From a virus, in IMG/VR virus record IMGVR_UViG_3300008952_000005, positions 1 to 64,000 of that record: a stretch of 64,000 nt of DNA; one strand, written 5' to 3'. Under the pieces are notes generated by a model. That model saw nothing but the letters and a program-made list of their open reading frames with translations, was not told the DNA's origin and ran no database searches. A program made the position numbers and the translations under genes. Positions 9,781-20,400 of this stretch are shown one piece after another. Position 1 is the first letter of the stretch; every line of letters begins with the position of its first letter.

Positions 9781-10378
9781 CTTTAACCTCGTTAGTTAAT
9801 ATTAAAGGTTTTGAATAATCCATATCGTTCATTTCTTTGAACAATTGTGTAGCAGTTGCAAAACAAAATTTAACTTCATTTAGAATATTAAGTTTATAAA
9901 CATTTAAATAACTGTTTATCATTTCTCTTACTATTCGTTTATACTCTTTTATTTCTTTATGTTTAAACTTGTAATAACGATTAGGTCCTGGTGTTTTTCT
10001 CATTATCATTTGACCACCAGATATATCTCCTAAATGTCTAGTATAGATATGACCATATAATTTTTCTGCGTCTTCTTTGATTGTTTCAATATGAGCAACA
10101 TAATCTTTAGTACTTTGAGTTACTGTTGGAAGGTCTTCACTTGTCCATAATGCTTTAAAATCATAATGTAAATGTTCTGCTCTAGGTAAATTAGGAGTTG
10201 TACGAAATAGAGAATTTTCTATTCCATATTTTTCTAATATAGCATAACATTGTAATTGATTGTAAAGATAGGTTGCATAAAGTCTAGGTTCAATAGAACC
10301 TGACATAAGAGTTTTGACAAACTCTTGTCTTTCTGCGTTTTGGTGTATATCTTTGGTTAATTCTTTGATGTCATACAT
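9758..10378 (-). CDS. hemO: heme oxygenase
   Basis: Proximal His in TKDIHQNAE; distal helix HIYTRHLGDISGGQMI; EVKFCF; upstream of bilin reductase. Confidence 0.92.
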   Translation of the reverse strand: MYDIKELTKDIHQNAERQEFVKTLMSGSIEPRLYATYLYNQLQCYAILEKYGIENSLFRTTPNLPRAEHLHYDFKALWTSEDLPTVTQSTKDYVAHIETIKEDAEKLYGHIYTRHLGDISGGQMIMRKTPGPNRYYKFKHKEIKEYKRIVREMINSYLNVYKLNILNEVKFCFATATQLFKEMNDMDYSKPLILTNEVKDDLGTTN

Positions 10379-10414
10379 AATAAAATACTTATCATAATAA
10401 AATCACTACATAAA

Positions 10415-10735
10415 TTAAGCTAGACCAGCGTCTGAAAGTCTTTTTGCTTCTGCAATTTTAGCTTTATTTAAATCATCAGCTTTTGTTTTCTCAGCAGCGT
10501 TTTCATCTGTTTGCGCTTGTTCTTTTGCTGTTAGAGCAGCCGCTTCATCACCGTCAGCTCCGCCAACTATTGTTAATTCTTTTGTTTCTGGATTAATTGA
10601 CATTCTCCACGATTCAATGTTATCAGGAACGTCATCAACTTTGATTGCTTGTCCTTTTGCTACTGCGTCATCTCCAGTTTCAGCATTTGGTGAAAAAGGT
10701 TCGCCTGCTAGTGTAAAGTAATATGTTCTTGCCAT
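10415..10735 (-). CDS. hypothetical protein
   Basis: Intact ORF with GGAG-type RBS, Ala/Lys-rich helical C-terminus. Confidence 0.7.
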   Translation of the reverse strand: MARTYYFTLAGEPFSPNAETGDDAVAKGQAIKVDDVPDNIESWRMSINPETKELTIVGGADGDEAAALTAKEQAQTDENAAEKTKADDLNKAKIAEAKRLSDAGLA

Positions 10736-10747
10736 CTCTATAATCTC

Positions 10748-12244
10748 CTATGTTCCGTATTTTCCACCGTAAGTATTTTCGGCATTTCCGTACTGACCCC
10801 ACCAGTCAATTTGCATTAATAGTGGATAGTTAGTTGAGTAGAAACCTCCGTGTAGCCAAGTTCTAGCAGCGAATAAACCGTAATTTCCAGTTTTATTAGT
10901 TACTGTAGTTCCAACGTGTGCGTTAGAATTAGGTACAACTTCATCTCCTGAAGAACCACCTTGATAAACAAGTGTACTTGTAGTTTCATCTGAATCCGTA
11001 GGATCAAAAGACCAAGCATATGTTCTATGAGACTCTGAATCGCAGTTGTCTGACCAACCTCCGTGGAAACCTGTACGTCCCCAAGCGAAATAAGGATTTC
11101 CTCTACTTGATTTAGTTTGGTTTATACAAATAAATTTTCTAGGGTTTTCTATATTCATACAGAATGCATTGATACCAACTCCGTAGTAGTAATATGGTGA
11201 ATAAATCATTCCCCAAGTACCATCCCAAGTCGTCATAAATTTACTGTAGTATTGGTGTCCGTTATTAGCACCGTAAGATGTAGTTGTTGATCCTGTAAAA
11301 TCTTGCCAAGTTGACCATTGTCTACTTGCACCAGTTTGGTGAGCAGTTCCGCCTTTGACTGAACAATCAAATACACCGTATCTTTTACTATTACTTTGTT
11401 TTAATCCAAATCCAACATAGTCATTATTACCAACAACAACGCACCAATCTTTAACATTTTGATTAGTCCAAGTGTCAGTAAAGTGTTCAGTTGAAGTTAA
11501 GTTATCAAAGTATTCTTTAATTCTGTCTATTTTATTTAAACATTTAGCAGATTTGAAAATGTGAATAGTTTTTGAAGTATTTCCACCTTCGTCACCAGAG
11601 TGAACCATAACTAAAGTTTTTGTTTTCTCATTGTATCCAGTACCAGTTGAATATGTTTGAGATGTTGCTAGTAAGTGAGAAGTATAATCATACGTGTCTA
11701 CATTCGGAGCACCGTGTTGACCTGGATATCTTTCTCTTAACGTAAATCGTCTATTAACAAACATACGTCTAGGTCTAATTCCTTCTGGAAGAACCATATT
11801 TATTTTTGTCCATCCATTTTGATATTCAAAAGAAGATGTGTATTGGTGGTAAGAATGCCAAGATACGAATCCATCTCTTGAAGATGTATAATATTGTGCG
11901 TGTGGATATTGGTCACATTGGTATATTGATTTATTCCAATATGTCCAAGATGTATAATCTTGTGTTGTTAAATTTTCGTGAGATACGTGTTGACCGTGGT
12001 CATTATCTGTATAAGCGTGAGAAGCATCCGACAACATACCAAATCTATAGTTTGTTGTTGAGTTACATACAGCACCCCAAGGAGACCCTACGTTTTGAAA
12101 ACCAGAATCAAAGACTCTGTAGTTTACGTTATGATTACCGTCGGAGTTATCTCCCCACATACCGAATAACGGAAGACCTTCTTTTCTGTGGTCTATTGCA
12201 CCAGCTGAACTACCGCCGCTTAAAAGTGTTGTTAATGAACTCAT
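10748..12244 (-). CDS. putative virion structural/receptor-binding protein
   Basis: 498-aa Tyr/Trp/Gly/Thr-rich ORF downstream of a late promoter in the fibre cluster; function inferred. Confidence 0.55.
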   Translation of the reverse strand: MSSLTTLLSGGSSAGAIDHRKEGLPLFGMWGDNSDGNHNVNYRVFDSGFQNVGSPWGAVCNSTTNYRFGMLSDASHAYTDNDHGQHVSHENLTTQDYTSWTYWNKSIYQCDQYPHAQYYTSSRDGFVSWHSYHQYTSSFEYQNGWTKINMVLPEGIRPRRMFVNRRFTLRERYPGQHGAPNVDTYDYTSHLLATSQTYSTGTGYNEKTKTLVMVHSGDEGGNTSKTIHIFKSAKCLNKIDRIKEYFDNLTSTEHFTDTWTNQNVKDWCVVVGNNDYVGFGLKQSNSKRYGVFDCSVKGGTAHQTGASRQWSTWQDFTGSTTTSYGANNGHQYYSKFMTTWDGTWGMIYSPYYYYGVGINAFCMNIENPRKFICINQTKSSRGNPYFAWGRTGFHGGWSDNCDSESHRTYAWSFDPTDSDETTSTLVYQGGSSGDEVVPNSNAHVGTTVTNKTGNYGLFAARTWLHGGFYSTNYPLLMQIDWWGQYGNAENTYGGKYGT

Positions 12245-12278
12245 TAAATGTTCTCCCCTAAAATTTTGTTTGTAATAC

Positions 12279-12286
12279 TATTTATA
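12279..12286 (-). promoter_or_regulatory. T4-type late promoter
   Basis: Exact match upstream of the 498-aa gene. Confidence 0.8.
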
Positions 12287-12302
12287 TAGTTTATATCTTT
12301 CA

Positions 12303-12929
12303 TTATGAAATTAACCATCCAATAAAAGATGAAGTTACATCTGGTATTGTTTTAAATGTTAATCTGAAATTAGCATATTTTTTATCTACTGTTAAATCTG
12401 TAGCACTTCCTGCTATATTATTTCCGTTTCTATCAACTGTAAGATTTTTTGTATCAAAAACTCCCATACCATCATTGATAATAACAAAGTCGTTATCTAC
12501 TGGTGTAGCAGGTAGTGTCATTGTAAATACACCGTCTGTTGTATTGCATATATATGCACCGCCAGAAACAGCAGTAAAATTAGCTGTTTTAGTTTCCCAT
12601 AAAATTGAAGTTGAAGAACCCCAAACAGGATCAGCACTAGCACCTTTAGTCATTAACATTTGATTTGCTGTGCCTGCCGCTAATCTTTGTACACCACTTG
12701 CATCCCTAAACAGCAAATCGCCGTGGGTAGTAAGTTGTGTTACGTCATCACCTTTTTTGGCTATTTTAGACCAATAGGTTGCATTTGAAGTTGCGTTTCC
12801 AGTTGAAGCTAAAATGCAAATAAAAGTTTCGCCTCCAAAAGTAGCAATATCATCCACTACATAAGCAGTAGCAGCATTATATGCCCCTTGAAATACTGGT
12901 TTAATTCTTCCTAAATTTATAGTTGCCAT
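12303..12929 (-). CDS. short tail-fibre-type protein
   Basis: N- and C-terminal modules shared with the 2429-aa protein (LGRIKPVFQGAYNAATAYVVDD; TLPATP...LTVDRNG). Confidence 0.65.
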   Translation of the reverse strand: MATINLGRIKPVFQGAYNAATAYVVDDIATFGGETFICILASTGNATSNATYWSKIAKKGDDVTQLTTHGDLLFRDASGVQRLAAGTANQMLMTKGASADPVWGSSTSILWETKTANFTAVSGGAYICNTTDGVFTMTLPATPVDNDFVIINDGMGVFDTKNLTVDRNGNNIAGSATDLTVDKKYANFRLTFKTIPDVTSSFIGWLIS

Positions 12930-12944
12930 AATTCTCTTGATCCT

Positions 12945-12958
12945 TATTTATATTTATA
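12945..12958 (-). promoter_or_regulatory. two overlapping T4-type late promoter motifs
   Basis: TATTTATATTTATA contains two exact copies. Confidence 0.75.
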
Positions 12959-12998
12959 ATAGTTCTCTTCTATCATTTTAGTTAATTCAAATAATTTT

Positions 12999-14432
12999 TT
13001 ATCCCATTTCTATGGTTAGGTTTCCGTTGACTACTGTAAAGTCCAACCCTCTTTTCCATAGTACGCTATCCTCAAAAATATCTTCTTGATGTTTAGTTTT
13101 ATATCTAGTTTCAATATCATCAATTCCATTTGTGTAAGTTATCTGTAAATTGCCTTTCCATTCAGGTGTAAAAATTTCACCACCTTGACTTGGATGTTCA
13201 CCATTATAATAATACAACTTATCTACAGCACTTCCTGGGTCTGTACTTGGTGTTTTACTTGGAACAATAATTGTTGTTGTCGCACCAGGAGTTCCAGGAG
13301 AACCAGATGAACTTACTCCTGTTATATATTCAGTTCCACCTGCTTTATGTGTACCATCAACTGTTGTTGAGAATTTTAATGAGTGTCCGACTAAAGCAGA
13401 TTGAGAAACATCAAACACATACGTATTTCCTTCAAGAAATGTCATAGTGTTTTGACTTCTAGCTACGTGACTATATGGTAATTCATCATCACCACCATCA
13501 ATCATTAACGTACCAGCAGTTCCTATAACATACAGTTTTGTTCCATCAGCATTAAAAGTTAAACCACGTGGGTTCATTGTTGGTGCTGAAGGAGCATTAG
13601 TTAAACCAACTTCGTGTGTAAGTGCTTGTGTAGTTGAAACATCAAAACCTGTTACTAATGGATATTGTATAACATCATCTCCATCTGTTCCTGCAATAAA
13701 CATTCTTGTTCCATCTGTATTAAAACCTAAACCAGCTGGTGCTGTTTCTTGAGCGCCGATAGAAAAAGCATCTACGAAAGTTGCTGTAGAAACATCATAC
13801 GCTGTACTTAAATCATATTCATTAACATCATTACCAGTATCGCCAAGAACAATTAATAAAGTTCCATCAGCATTAAATTGCATATCACTAATAGCAGTAT
13901 CTTGAGCAAGACAAGAAAATAAATCTGTATAAGTTGCTGTAGTTATATCCCAAGCTGTACTTAATGCATATTCATTAATATTACAAGCAGCTATACCTGC
14001 ACTTGGTACACCATCTCTACCCACAACATACATTTTAGTTCCTGTTGGATTAAATCTTACTGACCTTGGATTATCATCTTGAGCAGATACATCTTTATGT
14101 GTTCTCCAACTTGCTGTAGAAATATCAAAAGCTGTAGTCAATGTATATTCATCAACGTGTTTATCTGCATTGCCCATAGTATACATTTTTGTTCCATCAG
14201 TACTAAACGTTGTGTTTAATGGATTTGAATCGTGAAACCCTACGTAATAAGATGTTGTATATGCCATTGTAGAAATATCCCAACCTGTTCCTAATGTATA
14301 TTCATATACACTTTCATTACCAGTAATTAAGGTAAGGGTTCTATGTATCGTTTGAGAAGGAGCAACTCTATGGAATCCATAAAAGTCATCTTTCTCAGCG
14401 GATGTGACTGTAAAATCTGTTAATTTACTCAT
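12999..14432 (-). CDS. virion protein with beta-propeller-type repeats
   Basis: About five to six repeats of P..l.Fn.DGT.mYv.G...d.v.eY.LsTa.DiSTA. Confidence 0.65.
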   Translation of the reverse strand: MSKLTDFTVTSAEKDDFYGFHRVAPSQTIHRTLTLITGNESVYEYTLGTGWDISTMAYTTSYYVGFHDSNPLNTTFSTDGTKMYTMGNADKHVDEYTLTTAFDISTASWRTHKDVSAQDDNPRSVRFNPTGTKMYVVGRDGVPSAGIAACNINEYALSTAWDITTATYTDLFSCLAQDTAISDMQFNADGTLLIVLGDTGNDVNEYDLSTAYDVSTATFVDAFSIGAQETAPAGLGFNTDGTRMFIAGTDGDDVIQYPLVTGFDVSTTQALTHEVGLTNAPSAPTMNPRGLTFNADGTKLYVIGTAGTLMIDGGDDELPYSHVARSQNTMTFLEGNTYVFDVSQSALVGHSLKFSTTVDGTHKAGGTEYITGVSSSGSPGTPGATTTIIVPSKTPSTDPGSAVDKLYYYNGEHPSQGGEIFTPEWKGNLQITYTNGIDDIETRYKTKHQEDIFEDSVLWKRGLDFTVVNGNLTIEMG

Positions 14433-14458
14433 TTATAATTCTCTTCTATATTTATTTA

Positions 14459-17400
14459 TTACGCTACTTCTACTAATTTCCAACCATTTGTTGATCCAGT
14501 ATAAACTAAAGTGAATCCTGCGTGGTTGATATCAGCAATCATATCTTGTTGTAAATTCATAATATCTTGACCATTTCTATCAACAGTTAAAGGTCTTAAT
14601 TGAAATGATCCATTTAAATCTAAAAATACAATTGAATCTCCTACTAGTGGACTAGCAGGCAATTTAACTGTCATTGCAAATAAACTTGTATCTATTAATA
14701 ATCTTTGTCCACCTATTGCTACAGGTACAGTTGAACCATCTCCAACTAGAGTTGTCCAAGGAGTTCCTCCAGCTAGACCTGTCCAACTTGTTCCGTTATA
14801 ACCTTCCCAAGAAATTATTGAAGAATTGTATCTTAAAGCGCCTGCAAATAATTCACCGCCTACAGGTCTTTGTGCTGTTGTTCCTGTTGGTGGAACCCAC
14901 GCACCTGTACCTGCATTATCTCTTGTCATATAACCGACAACAGCATTTTCAGTAGGTATGGCTGTATTTGAATTACCGCCTAAAGTTGCGTCTGTACTAA
15001 ATTCATTTATGGCAGCACCTAATTCTGCACCAATAGAACCAAGTTTTAATTCACTTAATCCTGAAAGGTTAAATGCGTCTGCGTTTAATGTTGCACTACC
15101 AGTCGCTTGTTCAATTTTGAATAAATCACCAACTCTAAAGTCACCAGTTTGGTCAGTTGATACCCAATATACACGACCACCGTTAACTTCAGTTACTTCA
15201 TCTGACTGGTCAGCCGCTTGTGTAGGTGTTAATGGATAGTTAGTTGTAGTAAAATCACCAGTACCTATATCCAAGAAGTCGTGACCTGTTAAACGAATAT
15301 TTGAGTATAATTGTGTTATGTTATTAACTGTATCCTCATTTTTGGCTTTACTCAAACCAATATTTTGAGTTAATCTTATTACTGCTGTTCCAGCAACCGT
15401 ATCTTCTTCTGATACTAACCCTACTCTATAAAATGTATTATCATTAGGGAATTTAACATTACTTGCTAATGCTATCATATCAACAGCATTTAAAGTTGTT
15501 GTACCTGATTTCATTGCAATCAAAGGACCCCTTTGTCCTTGTTGAGCAGCAGCTGTTCTGTTGAAAACAAAACCTGAAACGTTAACACTAGAACTTGAAG
15601 CGATGGTAACTTTTTGTGAAGTACCACCAATTACATAAGTATGAGCAATTGCTGATTTATCAACACCAAAGATATATGTATTTGAGTCAGGCACATCATA
15701 AACTTTAAATATTCCTGAACTTAATATATCATCAGGATATGCTTTACTACCTGTTGAACAAGTGAATTGCATTCCTTGTACTTGTACTAAATCATTAACT
15801 ATTAAACCGTGACCAGTTGATGTTATCGTAATAAGTCCTGTTACATTATCATAACTAGCAGCAGTAATTTCAGTTGCACTACCAACACTAGTTGGTGTTG
15901 CGTGTTTAACTGTACCACCACTAACATAAGTATGTTCAATATCACTTGGTGCTAAAAAGAAATTTAATTTAGTAGCTGCCGAAGATGATTTAACATTAAA
16001 GATTCCTGAAGTAGGTACTTGTGGATATATTTTAACTCCATATACACAACTTGTTTTAATTCCGAATAAATTTACAGTATCACTCGCTGATAATCCGTGT
16101 GTTGGTGTAGTAATTATTGCTTTACCAGTTGCTATATCATAAACAAAATTTGAAATTGATAATCTAGTACCACCAGTTTTAAGAAGTGTTCCACCACTAA
16201 CATAAGATTGTGCTGTATTACTTGTTCCTAAATCAACTTGGAATGTTGTTGCTGTTAAATTTGCTGCCTCTACAGTAAATTGTGTAGTAGTAGATGTTAC
16301 AGGATATGTTTTATTTCCTATAACTGTTGAATCAGAAGCAAGACAACTCAATACTACATCTGATACTTCAATTAAATCTCCAGAAGTTCTTCCGTGAGCA
16401 AGTGCTGTAGTTACATCTGCGCCTGTAGAACCTGATTGACCACCAAAGTAAGAATCCAAATCAACAGTAAATGTTGTTGAATCTTCTTTTGTAATTGTAA
16501 TTGTTTCACCTTGTTTAAAGTTACCAGTAATATTTTCTATATGTAAATATAGTAATGATACATTATATCTGAAAAGTGTAGCAGTTGCGCCAGATTCACT
16601 ACCTACTATTGTAGCTGTACCTTGACCTTGTACTGCAATTGAATTTTCTATATCTGAAGCAGTTGCTGTTCCACCAAAAGTATCTTTGTCCCATTGCAAC
16701 ATCATACCACGAGTTTTAAGATTGACAGGAACTTCTGCTTCGTTTGTACCTGAAGCAACAACACCTTGTTCTCCATATGCGTGTGAGCAGTTTAAGGCAC
16801 GAATAAATCCACCTGATTCTGCATAAACGGCTTTGTCGCAATAGTATACGAATACTGACACCGCTTCAACACGTCCATATCCTAAAATGTGAATACCAAT
16901 TCCATCTTCATTAATTTGTGTAAAGTCATTTGCCAACATTGATTTATAACTTCTTGGGAAAGGACGTAAGTGGAGATTACCGTCAATTTGAACTCCACAA
17001 GCACCTGGATTTAAAGATGTACAGTTTTGTACATAAGGTGAAGTAAGATATATATTACCAACTGGGTCTAAAGATGTAAGAGCTTGTTCGTAAGGACCAC
17101 TTGGATAAACTTTTTCTCCTAAATCACATTCAAATTTCATTTTACCTAAAGTAACCCAATCACCTGTAGTTAAACTGTGAGCATTGCTTGTAGTAACTGT
17201 AACCTTACCGTTGGAGTTATTGTAAAGAATATTAGATAATCCTAATTTAACTGATTCATTACCAACTGCTATAACGTGACCACCACTCTTATACGTATGT
17301 ACAAAAGTTGATGTTCCCATTTGAACTGTAAATTCTGTTCCTGATGTTACTGTTACTTGATATAATCCTCCTGACTGTTTCTTTTCATTAAGATCCAAGA

Positions 17401-20400
17401 AAGTCATATTTCTTATATTATTTTTTTCGTTAAGTAATAACCAGTTACTAGCTTTGTTATTTTCTAATTTTTTAACTTTTAATGTTAAGTCACCACCGTT
17501 ACCAATATCTGCCGAGTTTAATGTAATTATATCATTAACTTCAAAATTAATACCACCGTGATAAGTTATAATTTGTGTTGCCACACCACCTGATATCACT
17601 ACGTTCCATACTGAAGCATCCCCATTTTCTGGATAAACTTTTTCTCCTTCATCACAATGATATTTTAAACCTGATAATTTGATACTATCACTTGCTGATA
17701 ATCCGTGGTTAGATGAAGTTGTAATTGTAATAACACCTGTACTATGAACATATGGAGCATTTGTTACCGTAAATTTACCAAAAGCGGCATTTGAAACTAT
17801 ACCACCATCAACATATGTGTGTTCTCTAGCATCAGTACCTACATTGATTGTAAATGAATCACCAGTTGGTACATCTAAAACTGTATAACTTCTTTCGGAT
17901 CTTCCTTGGTGAATATAATTGTAAGTACCATCTGTTGCACCACTAGTATTATTAACTAATTCTACTGTTGCAATTTGAGAACCTGTTCCAGGTGCTGGAT
18001 GTATTCTTGTATTTCTTAAACTTTCTCCAACTATTGAAACACCTTCTCTTACTCTCATTGGTAATTGTTCTGTGAAAGTACCGTTTTTAAGTCTGATTGT
18101 ATCTCCTGCAGTACTCTTAACTTTAAAGTTTAAAACATTAGAACCACCAACTCGTTTATAAGTGAAAGCGTCAACAGATTTCTGTTCGCTTGTTACATAG
18201 GTAACTTTTTGAGAAGTACCACCACTTACATAAGTATGTGCAAATCCTGATTTGTCAGTACCAAAAATATATGTATTGGCGTCAACTACATTATAAACTT
18301 TAAATATTCCTGAACTAAAAGTATTATCAGGATATGTTTTACTTCCCATAGAACAAGAGAATAATATACTATCTAATTTAACTAAATCGCCATTTGCTAA
18401 TCCGTGTAAAGTAGCTGTTACTGTAATAAGTCCTGTTAGATTATCATAGACAGCATTAGTAACTGCTGATGAACTGCCAACATTTGAAACTGTTGCTAAT
18501 CTAACTGTACCACCACTAACGTAAGTATGTGCAACATTACTTGGTGGTAAAAAGAAATTTAATTCTGTAGCTGATTTTGTTGATACAACAGGATAAACTC
18601 CTGAAACTGGAACTTGTGGATATATTTTATCACCAAATTCGCAATTTGTTTTAATTCCAAATAAATTAACTGTATCACTTGCTGATAATCCATTCGTTGC
18701 TGTAGTAATTACAGCTTTACCTGTTGCTATATTATAAACAAAATTTGTAACTGCTAGTCTACTGTTATCTGATTTAACAACTTCACCACCACTTACATAA
18801 GTTTGTGCAGTAGTACTTGTTCCAATATCAACTTGAAATGTTGTTGTTGTTAAATTTGCTGCTTCTACTGTAAATGCTGTATTCGTTGAAATTACAGGAT
18901 ATGTTTTATTTCCTGTAGGACAACTTACTAGTAAATCTCTTATTTCAACTAAATCTCCAACACTTCTAGCGTGAGGAATTGCTGTAGTTACATCTCCACC
19001 TGTAGGACCTGTAAACCCTATATCATTACCATCAATTCTAACGCACTCATCTACTTTATGGTTAGCTGAACCGTTAACTATATCAACTTTAACAGAACCA
19101 CCTTTAGTATTAACTCTATAGAGTGATGGACCACCAACTTCTGGATATGTTTTTGCACCGTTAGCACAAGTATAATTTAATCCCCATAATCTTACTTTAT
19201 TACCTGCTAATAATCCGTGAGCTGTAGAAGTGTGAATTGTAATAACACCTGTACTATGAACATATGGAGCATTAGTTATTGTTAAAGTAGTATCATCTGC
19301 TTTTCTAACTGTACCACCACTTACATAAGTATGAGCATTGGTGTCAGTTCCCATTTGAATTTCAAAAGTATTAGTAGTTATATTGTATTGACTAACTTCA
19401 AACTCTCTTGAAGAAATTCCACGAATATTATTATAAACGTCTTCCGTACCACCGATACCACCAGACTGGTCTTTTATTTCTCTAATAGCGTGGTGTTTTG
19501 CGTGTTTAACAGCATATGCTAATGTTTTATAAGGTTGACTTTCTGATCCTGAATCACCATCTACTCCTGTTGGAGAAACCCATATAACATTTTTAGCAGA
19601 ATTACCAGACCATAGAACATCAAAACCATCATTAGTTAATACTGAACCTGGAAGACCTATAGGTAATCTAGCAGTACCAGCTTCGGACTGCGTAATCATA
19701 TCACCACGAGTCTGTAATACAGCACCAGAGTCACCTAAAGCAATTCCTTGCCAAACTGTTCCATCTGTACCTGGTTCTATATTAAGAACTTGGTCTTTTA
19801 AATTTACATAAGAGTTAGAAAGATATCTAACTGTTTCACCAATATTATAAGTTGTAGATGTACTATATGCACCTGTCCATTTAAATCCTTCAACTACTAA
19901 AGACCAATAAGTTGTATTTACAACACCAGTATTTAATGAAGGTCTTTGACTTTGAGCGTCTAATACGCATACATAAGAATTACCACCATACTGAACTGTA
20001 TCACCAGTTTTGTATAATGTTCCGTGTACATAAACACCTTGTGCTTTAAAACCTGTAGTTACTACATCCCAAAACTTTTTATTTGACCGATTATAAATAA
20101 AGTTTGAAATATTTTTATCTGCGCTTGTAGTATATGAAATCTTTTGAGAAGTACCACCACTTACATAAGTATGAACAATTGCTGATTTATCAGTAGCAAC
20201 AACATATGTACTTGAATCAGGTACATCATAAACTTTAAATATTCCTGAATAGTTTGTAGTATTAGGATATGTTTTTTGTCCTGTTGAACATTCAACTACT
20301 ATACTATCTAATTTAACTAAATCATTTCTACTTAATCCGTGAGTAGCAGATGTTACTGTAATAAGTCCTGTTGCATTATCATAAGAAAAACCAGTAAGAG

